In this document: piece after piece, positions 1-8,807 of the stretch
How positions within the stretch are numbered: the stretch's first letter is position 1
How the letters are laid out: the number at the start of each line of letters is the position of its first letter
Assembly: GCA_018334755.1 (NCBI GenBank)
Contig: JAGXLI010000003.1
Location: 1-63,342 of the forward strand
Direction: 5' to 3'
Source of the DNA: Thermoplasmatota archaeon
GTDB taxonomy: Archaea; Thermoplasmatota; Thermoplasmata; Halarchaeoplasmatales; Halarchaeoplasmataceae
Length of the DNA stretch: 63,342 bases
Translations under genes and position numbers: made by a program
The notes under the pieces: model-generated
Database searches by the model: none
Told to the model about the DNA's origin: nothing
The model's input: the letters and a program-made list of their open reading frames with translations, nothing else

Positions 1-56
1 GTATCTTTCATTTCGTCCCTGCCACCAAAAGGTTAATTATCACCTGCCCCTAAATT

Positions 57-2132
57 ATGTTGTACATGAAGAGACTCACCCTCGGAAAAAAAGCATTCAC
101 ATGGGCCATATTTTTTTCATTGATCTTACTCGCGGTGGTACCGGCTTTATCTTCGAGTTCAACTGCCGAGAAGAGCGGACTGAAAGACTGGGAGGAAGAG
201 CAGATCGGCAGCGATATCGGGGACCCGAAAGATCCTGGATTGTACGTTCGGTATGACGAGGGATATAAAACTAAAAAATATGACGGCTGGGAGACCTATT
301 CTGAAGATGGTAAAGAATCTATAATCGCTACGGAAAAACTTGTCGTCAGAAGAGGAACTAAACTTTCGATAAGTGGATATACTGAAGCCCAGGCAGAGGT
401 AAATCCAGCTAAAAATGAGATGAGCGAACTCGACTTCGCCTCTACAGAAGAAGGTTGGGAGATGGATATACCCGAAGATTGTACCGTAGGAAGGTACGAA
501 TTCAAGATCGTCGAAGAGGATACCGGATGGAGCGAAAGTTTAGATATATACATTATATTCGATCCCTGGACCCTTGATATATCTGAAAGACAACGAAAAG
601 GATACGCCTATAACGAACAGGGAACTAGAGACGAGTATGGATATATATTGACCAGTGGTGGTGAAAGATTTCCAAGAGACTCCAGTCCTCCAAACCTTCA
701 TCCGTTCGGAGATGATCTTGAAGATAGACCAGACATCTTCGAGTTCGCCCTTGCCGGTGTTGGGAACGTTTCCGACACACAGAGGGCCGCGGCAACACTG
801 AACAGGATCGTCGCTCAGAGGAACGACGCCAGACCTCAGGGACATCTAGATATGAGGGATGCATCTGATCTTCTCTTCTATGGTCAAAATAGTCCTTACA
901 CGAGATATCTTTTTGAACTGGAAAGAGAAGGTAACGTTACAGAGGGAGATGTCCCTGATTGGCTGAGAAGTCAATTTCAAGATAAGGGTATATCATTACC
1001 TGAAGATGCCCAGATATCCACCATCGAAAATGAAACGTGGATCACGGTAACAGAAAAAAGATTCAAGATCGAGCGGAAAGAACAAATATTGAACATATAT
1101 GACGCTCCAGTGACACATACGGATCTCAACGGGGATGTAAAAGAGGTCGAGGGTTTGACCTTGGAAGATGCGAGAAGATTGGCGGTCAATGGGAAGAGTA
1201 TACACGAACTCGAAGGGGAAAGAAGCAAGATAATCAACGGCTGGTGCGACGAAGTTTCTTTTCAGATGGTGAGTCTTTTACGCTCGATAGGCATACCTAG
1301 TCGAGTCACTTCCATCCACCCGACACCGGAAGTCAAAAGAGACCTGATGGGACATTATGTAGCGGAAGCTTGGTTTGAAGACCCCATGTTCAAAAAAAGC
1401 TGGGAAGATGACGGAGGTGGGGATTGGTATGTGGTAGATGCGGATGAGTGGAACGTTAAATTTCCATCAGCCATCGATGAAAATCCACCTTTCTGGATGC
1501 CCGTTGGAGAAACGATCTCTCCGCGCAGGAACTACCTAAAATCGGCCGAGGTTCTATTCCAGGGCAGATGGGAAACTGAAGCCCTCTATGCCTTTGGCCC
1601 TGAAGAAGAGATCCCGCCCGGACAGATCGACGTGACCGACGCCTACCTGGATGAAGAATCCAACCCCCTCAGATATGGGTCAGTTGAAAAATTGATAGGC
1701 CGAGGTGGAGGAGACCTCTACGAGTTGAAAATCAGTAAACCCACCAAATTATCTCTAAAATCAGGTCCTCAGGCTGATCCTAACATATACGTTTCTTCTG
1801 AAAACTTTCCGTCGGTCCCGGTAGCTTCAAAAGGTTATCCATTTTCTTATCCGCCTGAATCTTACGAGGGTGACGAAGTTGTACTTACTCCCAGCGGTAA
1901 TAACGAAACATATTATGTGGGTATATACGCACCCCAGAACGGCGATAGAAGCGTAGAGGGAAATTACGGTTCTTACACTTTGACGGTAGAGGAGACCGAC
2001 GAGGTGGGAGAAACTAGTGATGATTCAAGACTAGGGGGGAATGAAGGCCTACAGAAAGGCCACTTTATAGCTCTAACGCTGGTAGCTGTGTGGCTCTTTT
2101 CTTACGTAGGAAAAAAGAAGCTGGGGGAATAG
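57..2132 (+). CDS. Secreted/membrane-anchored transglutaminase-like (Cys-His-Asp) protein
   Basis: 691-aa ORF. N-terminal hydrophobic signal/anchor (FTWAIFFSLILLAVVPAL). Transglutaminase-like core motifs GWCDEVSF ... GHYVAEAWF ... WYVVDAD. C-terminal hydrophobic helix followed by KKK (FIALTLVAVWLFSYVGKKK). Confidence 0.6.
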   Translation: MLYMKRLTLGKKAFTWAIFFSLILLAVVPALSSSSTAEKSGLKDWEEEQIGSDIGDPKDPGLYVRYDEGYKTKKYDGWETYSEDGKESIIATEKLVVRRGTKLSISGYTEAQAEVNPAKNEMSELDFASTEEGWEMDIPEDCTVGRYEFKIVEEDTGWSESLDIYIIFDPWTLDISERQRKGYAYNEQGTRDEYGYILTSGGERFPRDSSPPNLHPFGDDLEDRPDIFEFALAGVGNVSDTQRAAATLNRIVAQRNDARPQGHLDMRDASDLLFYGQNSPYTRYLFELEREGNVTEGDVPDWLRSQFQDKGISLPEDAQISTIENETWITVTEKRFKIERKEQILNIYDAPVTHTDLNGDVKEVEGLTLEDARRLAVNGKSIHELEGERSKIINGWCDEVSFQMVSLLRSIGIPSRVTSIHPTPEVKRDLMGHYVAEAWFEDPMFKKSWEDDGGGDWYVVDADEWNVKFPSAIDENPPFWMPVGETISPRRNYLKSAEVLFQGRWETEALYAFGPEEEIPPGQIDVTDAYLDEESNPLRYGSVEKLIGRGGGDLYELKISKPTKLSLKSGPQADPNIYVSSENFPSVPVASKGYPFSYPPESYEGDEVVLTPSGNNETYYVGIYAPQNGDRSVEGNYGSYTLTVEETDEVGETSDDSRLGGNEGLQKGHFIALTLVAVWLFSYVGKKKLGE

Positions 2133-2201
2133 ACATCACGCCTTTAAAGACTGAACTCCAAAATTAATTATAGGAGATAATAGTAATCTACCTCTCAATA
2201 C

Positions 2202-3974
2202 ATGTCCGATACCGATTCGAAAGCCGAAGACAGCGATGAAGAACTAGGACCTATATCTGGGTCTTTGCAGAAACTGATAAAGATATTTGAGAAGGACCGC
2301 TTTACCCCCTTGACAGCGTTCATCTTCTTGATAATCCTCGGGATCATACGGTCCGTCTCTGAATCTCTGCTATACGAATATCCTATCTTCTCGATGTATC
2401 TGATCGCCCAACATGTAGCCTTCAATTTTCCTGTGCTCATACTGGGATCCCTCGTACTCTCTCTGGCGAGTGACACGTCACTTCGTAAGGTCTACAACGC
2501 GATCTTACCTGGCTTCGCCATCGTGATCATGCCTCCTTTCATGGATTATTTTGTCCACGGGTATGCCGGTGCGGAATACTCGTACCTTTACTCTTACTAC
2601 GCTTCCGACGTTTCCTTCTTCCAGAAGATCATCGATATCTATCCACCGAACATGTTCTTAGCGGAAGAGATCAGTTCCGGGCTTAAACGTATGGTATTCT
2701 CGATAATGACCCTGAGCGGTCTTTATGTGGCGGTAAAGGTCCGGATCTGGAACTCCTTAGAACACCTAAGAAAAAGAAAATTTAGACCTGTTTTTCAAAA
2801 GATATCTTCTATCTTTTTCGGCGTCTTCGGTATCTGGATGGTTGTATGGTTCATAGTCGCAATCGTTCCAACGGCTATATCTCTTGGAAATGAAGGCATA
2901 ATCCTATTCGATTATTTTTCCTTCCATCCTTACACTAAATATTACACCTTCATCGAAAACTTCGGTTATACCCAGACAGAGGTATTCCCGGAGACAGGCG
3001 GCGGTCTCGCCGGAAAGATGGTCCTGCAGCAGAGGTCCTTATACTTGACCATGTTCTTCTTCATACTTTCCACCGGCCTCATGCTTCTATCCTTATATCT
3101 TAAAGAGAGAAAGATATTGAAGAAAATATTTTCATCGTTGAAAACCACAATAATTCTCTTTACGACCAGTTCAGCTCTTCTAGGCAGCGCCGTCCTCCAC
3201 CTGGTCGACACGGATTTTTCAAAGGGATGGGCCGTTGACCCGAATTACGTACTTCACTTTCCATATGTTTTCTACATCGGAGCGATAGGTTTCTTTCTCG
3301 GATGCTTCGCATCTTTCGTATTGGACTATCATAGAGAGGAAAACGTTCTTTCCAAGACAGTTTCAAAACACATGATCATAGTATCACTTTTGGCCGGGAT
3401 CTCTTTCGCCTTCCTGATGGGTCCTTTCCGTGTACTAACCCTGTTTTTGATCGCTTCGGGACTGCTCTATGTCACCTTCAGGAGAGAAAAGGGTGAATTT
3501 ACTTTATTTTCGAGTTTCCTGTTTTCCATCTCCTGCTTCATCATCTATGTGATCGGGGTATTGACACCAACTATATGGAAGACAAAGATTTATAATAATG
3601 CCGAAGGGGGCTACACCACGGTCGATCTTCCTAGAGAACCAGCGTTCACTTCCGAGGTCATATTATTGGGTCTTTTGATCGTGCTAGTAGCTTTCGCAGT
3701 GACTATACTCACGTTTATCCTAAAAGAGGAACTCCTATCTGAAAAGTTCTCAGAGTCATCGGATCTTATCCTCCCGGCGGTACTTTTCATCATCGCGTTC
3801 ATGCCGGCTTTGATGTTCAACGACATAGGTCACCTGGTAGTATTGAGTACTCTGGGGATAGTCTCGGCCATACTAGTCGATGAAGACCTGCCATTTATTC
3901 CCATGGGCATATCCGCTTTTGGATTCATCTATATCCTTCTCTCGCTGTGGGATATCTTACCCTCTTTTCTGTAA
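2202..3974 (+). CDS. Polytopic integral membrane protein, function unknown
   Basis: 590-aa ORF with an acidic N-terminus and then more than 12 hydrophobic helices. No family motif recognised. Same strand as and 70 nt downstream of the transglutaminase-like gene. Confidence 0.55.
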   Translation: MSDTDSKAEDSDEELGPISGSLQKLIKIFEKDRFTPLTAFIFLIILGIIRSVSESLLYEYPIFSMYLIAQHVAFNFPVLILGSLVLSLASDTSLRKVYNAILPGFAIVIMPPFMDYFVHGYAGAEYSYLYSYYASDVSFFQKIIDIYPPNMFLAEEISSGLKRMVFSIMTLSGLYVAVKVRIWNSLEHLRKRKFRPVFQKISSIFFGVFGIWMVVWFIVAIVPTAISLGNEGIILFDYFSFHPYTKYYTFIENFGYTQTEVFPETGGGLAGKMVLQQRSLYLTMFFFILSTGLMLLSLYLKERKILKKIFSSLKTTIILFTTSSALLGSAVLHLVDTDFSKGWAVDPNYVLHFPYVFYIGAIGFFLGCFASFVLDYHREENVLSKTVSKHMIIVSLLAGISFAFLMGPFRVLTLFLIASGLLYVTFRREKGEFTLFSSFLFSISCFIIYVIGVLTPTIWKTKIYNNAEGGYTTVDLPREPAFTSEVILLGLLIVLVAFAVTILTFILKEELLSEKFSESSDLILPAVLFIIAFMPALMFNDIGHLVVLSTLGIVSAILVDEDLPFIPMGISAFGFIYILLSLWDILPSFL

Positions 3975-4042
3975 AAGCTGACTTCAAATCAGAGGAACCC
4001 ACCAAAATCTTTAAATAGAGATCTCTTTTCTCCAAGGTCAGA

Positions 4043-4094
4043 CCTGTAGGAGGAAGTCCCCTGAGTACTTCTCGGGTTCCGTCTCTACTACAGG
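4043..4094 (+). promoter_or_regulatory. Stem-loop in the rpl1 5' leader (candidate L1 autoregulatory mRNA site)
   Basis: CCTGTAG (4043-4049) pairs with CTACAGG (4088-4094). It encloses an inner helix CCC-ct-GAG/CTC-GGG and ends 12 nt before the GTG start, overlapping the GGAGG Shine-Dalgarno-like box. Confidence 0.3.
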
Positions 4095-4105
4095 AGGTTT
4101 AAATC

Positions 4106-4744
4106 GTGGCAGATGAAAAGACACTTGAAGGAGTTAAGAAAGCCCTAGAGAAGTCGCCCGGTAGAAATTTTGAAGAGAGCTTAGAATTAGCTATAAATCT
4201 AAGAGAAGTGGACCTTTCTCAACCTCAGAACAGAATTGACGAGGAGATAGTCTTACCCAGCGGCAGAGGAAAAGAGATAAAGGTGGGAGTCTTCGGAAGC
4301 GGAGAGTTGGCTCTGCAGGCTAGAAAAGTCGCAGATACGGTCATAGAACCCGATGAGATCGAGGATATATCGGAAGAAAAGAAAGATGCGAGGAACCTTG
4401 CAGAGGAACATCAATTCTTCTTAGCTGAACCACCTCTCATGTCGGCTATCGGTAGAGAACTCGGTTCCATCTTGGGACCGCAGGGTAAGATGCCGAACCC
4501 TATCACACCGGACGAGGACATCGAAGAAGTGGTCAAGTCTTTGAAAGGGACAGTTCACGTAAGATCCCAGGACAGAAGAACGTTCCACGCACCGGTGGGA
4601 ACGGAAAAGCTAGATGCTGAGGAGATAGCGGACAACATAGACACGGTGATAAGACGTATAGTTCAAAATCTGGATAGAAGAGAAAGGAACCTAGAGAGCG
4701 TGTATGTGAAAACGACCATGGGCCCTGCTGTGAGGATCATGTGA
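4106..4744 (+). CDS. rpl1: 50S ribosomal protein L1 (uL1)
   Basis: 212 aa, GTG start. Typical uL1 sequence (ELAINLREVDL ... GKMPNP ... VHVRS ... HAPVG). First gene of the conserved archaeal L1-L10-L12 cluster. Confidence 0.93.
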   Translation: MADEKTLEGVKKALEKSPGRNFEESLELAINLREVDLSQPQNRIDEEIVLPSGRGKEIKVGVFGSGELALQARKVADTVIEPDEIEDISEEKKDARNLAEEHQFFLAEPPLMSAIGRELGSILGPQGKMPNPITPDEDIEEVVKSLKGTVHVRSQDRRTFHAPVGTEKLDAEEIADNIDTVIRRIVQNLDRRERNLESVYVKTTMGPAVRIM

Positions 4745-4754
4745 GGGATCAAAG

Positions 4755-5804
4755 ATGAGTGAAGACATCCCGGTTTGGAAGGAAAAAGAAGTCAAGAAGC
4801 TGACCAATCTCTTGGAAACTTCTCCCGTTGTAGGGATCGTTGATATCGAAGGTATCCCCGCTCTTCAGATGCAGCAGATGAGAGCAAAATTGAGAGGTAC
4901 CGCAAATCTTAGAGTTTCCAAGAACACTTTCCTCGAAAAGGCCATCGATCGAGCTTCTGAAGATCGAGATGGACTCGAAGATGTTAAGGAATTCATGACG
5001 GGTCAGGTCGCTATCGTTTCTACCAATCTAAATCCATTCAAACTGTTCAACCGGATGGAAGAGACCAAGACCAAGGCCCCAGCCAGCGGCGGTGAGACCG
5101 CACCTGATGATGTAGAAGTCGATGAAGGAGAAACACCGTTCAAGCCAGGCCCGATAGTAGGGGACCTTCAAAAGGTCGGCATCCCGGCCTCGATACAGAG
5201 CGGAAAAGTAATGATAAATCAAACTAAAACCGTCGTCGAGGAAGGAGAGACTATAAGTTCGGACCTAGCTAACATGTTGAGCCGCTTGGATATAAATCCG
5301 ATAACGGTAGGTCTCGACCTCAAGGCGGTTTACGAGGACGGTCTAGTTTATAAGAAGGATGATCTAGATATAGATCCCTCTGCATTCATAGAAGACATAA
5401 AGCGGGGTGCGAGTTCAGCTTTCGCCCTATCAATGAGTGTTTCCTATCCAACTGAAGAAAACATCGTCACACTGGTCTCTCAGAGCCAGGGAGATGCAAT
5501 GAGTCTAGCCTTCAACGCTGACATAATAAACGAGGAGACGATCAAGCCACTCCTCTCTCAGGTATCACAGAACATGATGAGCTTGGCATCTAAACTGGAC
5601 AGTGAAGCTCTAGACGAGGAACTCAGAGAAGAGCTGGGTATCGAACCGGAAGAAGAGACCCAAGCTGAGGAGGACGAAGAGACAGATGAAGAGGAAAGCG
5701 AAGAAGATCAAGGAGACGAGGCTGAAGGTGAAGATGAGCAGGAAGACGGCGAAGATCAAGAGGAAGAAACAGAGGAAGAAGATGAAGAAGATGAAGAAGG
5801 ATGA
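4755..5804 (+). CDS. rplP0: 50S ribosomal protein L10 / acidic stalk protein P0 (uL10)
   Basis: 349 aa. N-terminal uL10 domain (PVWKEKEVKKL ... VGIVDIEGIPALQMQQMR), long acidic C-terminal tail, position between rpl1 and rpl12. Confidence 0.93.
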   Translation: MSEDIPVWKEKEVKKLTNLLETSPVVGIVDIEGIPALQMQQMRAKLRGTANLRVSKNTFLEKAIDRASEDRDGLEDVKEFMTGQVAIVSTNLNPFKLFNRMEETKTKAPASGGETAPDDVEVDEGETPFKPGPIVGDLQKVGIPASIQSGKVMINQTKTVVEEGETISSDLANMLSRLDINPITVGLDLKAVYEDGLVYKKDDLDIDPSAFIEDIKRGASSAFALSMSVSYPTEENIVTLVSQSQGDAMSLAFNADIINEETIKPLLSQVSQNMMSLASKLDSEALDEELREELGIEPEEETQAEEDEETDEEESEEDQGDEAEGEDEQEDGEDQEEETEEEDEEDEEG

Positions 5805-5846
5805 TGGATGATTTGAGATATATACTATTCAAAGGAGGTAAAAAAT

Positions 5847-6170
<324 letters not shown>

Positions 6171-6416
6171 ACGGTTAACCGACCCGAACCAAACCTTTCT
6201 TTCTCTCGTAGGTAGAATCTATTTTATCCTTATCTTCAATATCTATTAGCTCTTGCAGAAATTCTGTAAGTATCGCGTTAATAGATGGACCATTCAGATT
6301 GATGATAGGGCCCCTCTCTTTTTCGATCTCCCTTATCCATATCACCTTAAACTATAATCGTAGAATCTATTTCTACTTTTGTTGGAAAGTTTCAAAGACC
6401 TAAAAAAGGCGCAGCT

Positions 6417-6764
6417 TTACATATAAGATCCGTCATTGATCCGGATGACTTCTTCTGTTATATAAGAAGCGTCCTTAGATGCTAGAAAAACTACCGTTCT
6501 AGCTACTTCCTTTAGCTCCGCAAATCGTCCCATCGGAATTTAGTTTTTTATCTTATTCACTTCCTCGGGCATCTCCAATACTATCAGTGTGCCTACAAAA
6601 CCTGGAGCTACCGCATTGATCGTTACTTCTTCTCTGACCATCTCACGAGCAAGTGCTTTAGAGAAACCGATTATGCCAGCCTTTGAGGCGGCGTAATTGA
6701 CCTGACCCAGATTCCTCCTTTGACCCACAACAGAAGAAAAGTCATACACATAAATGGCAGTAAT
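6417..6764 (-). pseudogene. Relic of a FabG-like short-chain dehydrogenase/reductase (N-terminal Rossmann half missing, in-frame TAA)
   Basis: The minus-strand frame reads ..SSVVGQRRNLGQVNYAASKAGIIGFSKALAREM..INAVAPGFV..EEVNKIKN*IPMGRFAELKEVARTVVFLASKDASYITEEVIRINDGSYM*. The SDR YxxxK active-site region and C-terminus are recognisable. A TAA at 6542-6540 interrupts the frame. The frame is closed upstream by TAG at 6767-6765, only about 35 nt from the next gene. Confidence 0.7.
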
Positions 6765-6800
6765 CTATAAAAGGCTCTCATCCTATAAAAGATCGAGAAT

Positions 6801-7964
6801 ATGAAATTAGAGGGAATCAAGATCTTAGACATGACCAGATTGATCCCGGGTCCGTACGCGACCATGCTTTTAGCTGACCTGGGGGCGGAAGTGATAAAGA
6901 TAGAGGACCCGGAGACAGGAGACTATGCTAGAGACATGGAACCTTCCATCGGGGGAGAAGGAGCCCCATTCTTGATGCTGAACAGGAATAAAAAGGCAAT
7001 TGAGGTCGATCTTAAAAAAGAAGAAGGTAAAGAGATATTCATGAAGCTCGTCGAAGACGCCGACGTGGTATTTGAACAGTTCCGCCCAGGCGTCGTCGAA
7101 AAACTGAAGGTGGATTATGACTCGGTCAGAGAGGTCAATCCGGATATAATCTACTGCTCTTTATCCAGTTATGGCCAGACCGGTCCCTCTAAGGATAAGG
7201 GCGGCCACGATCTAAATTATGCTTCCGAAGGAGGCCTGATCGATCTCACCAGGTCGAAGGATGGTAAACCTGCGATCCCTGGCTTTCCCATATCGGTGAT
7301 GACCGCGGGACTCTTTTCCGCCTTTTCCATAATCAACGCGCTCCTTGATAGAGAACTTAATGACTCTGGGGGAGAGTATATAGATATCTCCGTACTGGAC
7401 TGTCTGATATCGTTCTCCACGGGCATCGCCTGGCAGCCTCTCTTGAAAGAAGAAACTCCGCGAGCTAGAGAAACAGAATTGACTGGAAGATATCCCTTTT
7501 ATGATATCTATGAGACAAAGGACGGGCGATACTTCGCCCTAGCGGCTTATGAAGAAAAATATTGGAAGAATTTTTGTAAATTGATAGGGAGGGAAGAATT
7601 GAAAGACCAGCAGTTTTCTGAGAAGAAGGAAAGTATCAGAAAGATAATCGAGGAAGAATTCAAGAAGAAATCTTTTGAGGAATGGAAGAAGATATCAAAA
7701 GAAAACGAAGTGATGATATCTCCTGTAAATAATTTGAAAGAAGTCTTCGAAAGTCAACATGTCGAAGAGAGAGATCTGATCGGTTCTTTGGACTTCTCTG
7801 AAATAGAGATCGATCAGATAGGATTTCCAGCTGGATCAAACAAGAATATTGATGAATTCAGAACATCGCCTCCTCAAAAAGGTGAACATACGCAAGAGAT
7901 ACTGAAAGAGGCGGGTTACACCGAGGAGGAAATAGAAAGATTTGAGGATCTTGGAGTCATGTAA
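6801..7964 (+). CDS. Family III CoA-transferase / alpha-methylacyl-CoA racemase-like protein (CaiB/BaiF family), atypical active-site loop
   Basis: 387 aa. N-terminal LEGIKILDMTRLIPGPYATMLLADLGAEVIKIE, GHDLNY motif, C-terminal GEHTQEIL. The loop aligned to the catalytic Asp reads PISVMTAG. Confidence 0.85.
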   Translation: MKLEGIKILDMTRLIPGPYATMLLADLGAEVIKIEDPETGDYARDMEPSIGGEGAPFLMLNRNKKAIEVDLKKEEGKEIFMKLVEDADVVFEQFRPGVVEKLKVDYDSVREVNPDIIYCSLSSYGQTGPSKDKGGHDLNYASEGGLIDLTRSKDGKPAIPGFPISVMTAGLFSAFSIINALLDRELNDSGGEYIDISVLDCLISFSTGIAWQPLLKEETPRARETELTGRYPFYDIYETKDGRYFALAAYEEKYWKNFCKLIGREELKDQQFSEKKESIRKIIEEEFKKKSFEEWKKISKENEVMISPVNNLKEVFESQHVEERDLIGSLDFSEIEIDQIGFPAGSNKNIDEFRTSPPQKGEHTQEILKEAGYTEEEIERFEDLGVM

Positions 7965-7998
7965 ATCCAAAGCATCGACTTTTCCAACCCTTACCGGT

Positions 7999-8613
7999 CT
8001 ATGGCTCCCATAGAGGTTCTCCTAAAGGCAGTATCTCTTTCTCCGCCATATTGTTGATCAGCACACCGGCGGCTCCGTAGAAGGAGAATATCGAGACAAA
8101 GAGAAGCGAAACACCCACAGGAACCGCTCCTGTACCGACTAAGATATGAGAGACGAGAGCCAAAATGGCGACGTCGATAGATATAAGGACTCCCAGAAGG
8201 GTTTTATTCGTCATCAAAGAGGCCCCTGTCAATATGATACTGAAGATCAAAAATCCTAGCAGCCCATGCGCATAATGCGTGAGATCAAAGTCAATGGACG
8301 TGAAGATGGTGATGAACAACGTGAGTGAAACTGAATACCATAGCATAGAATATGTTGTGAATGCAGTAGCTCCAAATATGTTATCTCTCTTGAAATCCAT
8401 TATACCCGCAACCAACTGCGCCGTAGCTCCTAGAAACAGGGTCCATGGGATCATCAGGGATTCCATTTTGCTCGACGCAAAACCTAGATCTGTAAAAGCT
8501 AGTACCAAAGCAGCTATGGCAAGACCGATCAGACCCAAACAAGCGGGATCAGCTATCTTGGGCGGTGGTTTCTTGATTATCGTACGAGGCTCAAGCTGAT
8601 CGTTTTCGTCCAT
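7999..8613 (-). CDS. satP: GPR1/FUN34/YaaH (SatP) family acetate/succinate channel
   Basis: Motifs ADPACLGLIGLAIAALVL (NPAPLGL-like) and FGATAFTTYSMLWYS, with six hydrophobic helices. I start the gene at the internal ATG 8613 (MDENDQLEP...). The 59 upstream codons of the ORF-track model are Cys/Trp-rich and look non-coding. Confidence 0.75.
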   Translation of the reverse strand: MDENDQLEPRTIIKKPPPKIADPACLGLIGLAIAALVLAFTDLGFASSKMESLMIPWTLFLGATAQLVAGIMDFKRDNIFGATAFTTYSMLWYSVSLTLFITIFTSIDFDLTHYAHGLLGFLIFSIILTGASLMTNKTLLGVLISIDVAILALVSHILVGTGAVPVGVSLLFVSIFSFYGAAGVLINNMAEKEILPLGEPLWEP

Positions 8614-8633
8614 GAAGGGCCAATATATTTCTC

Positions 8634-8646
8634 TTATTTTTATTTT
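8634..8646 (-). promoter_or_regulatory. TATA-like box for satP (leaderless geometry)
   Basis: Minus-strand AAAATAAAAATAA centred about 27 nt upstream of ATG 8613. Confidence 0.35.
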
Positions 8647-8807
8647 GCTGTTCGCAATGGATCTCCACACCTGGACATATCCCCCCTTCCAAATGACGAA
8701 CTTGACACTACAGGAAGTGAAGACTTTACAGAAGATATCACACTTTCCTCTCGGTCTATCCAGTATGTAATGATGATATGTGTGATCCACTGAAGGGCGC
8801 TCGAAGA

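Noticed and set aside
6175-6345. 56-codon minus-strand ORF (GTG start, ..IINLNGPSINAILTEFLQELIDIEDKDKIDSTYERKKGLVRVG) converging on rpl12
   Set aside because: It has no recognisable motif, uses an alternative start, is below the track cutoff, and lies in a region that also holds a decayed SDR gene. It may be another gene remnant, but nothing supports it.
8614-8790. 59-codon N-terminal extension of the SatP ORF
   Set aside because: It is Cys/Trp/His-rich and non-acidic, unlike every real protein here, and contains an A/T-rich TATA-like stretch. The internal ATG 8613 gives a normal-length channel.
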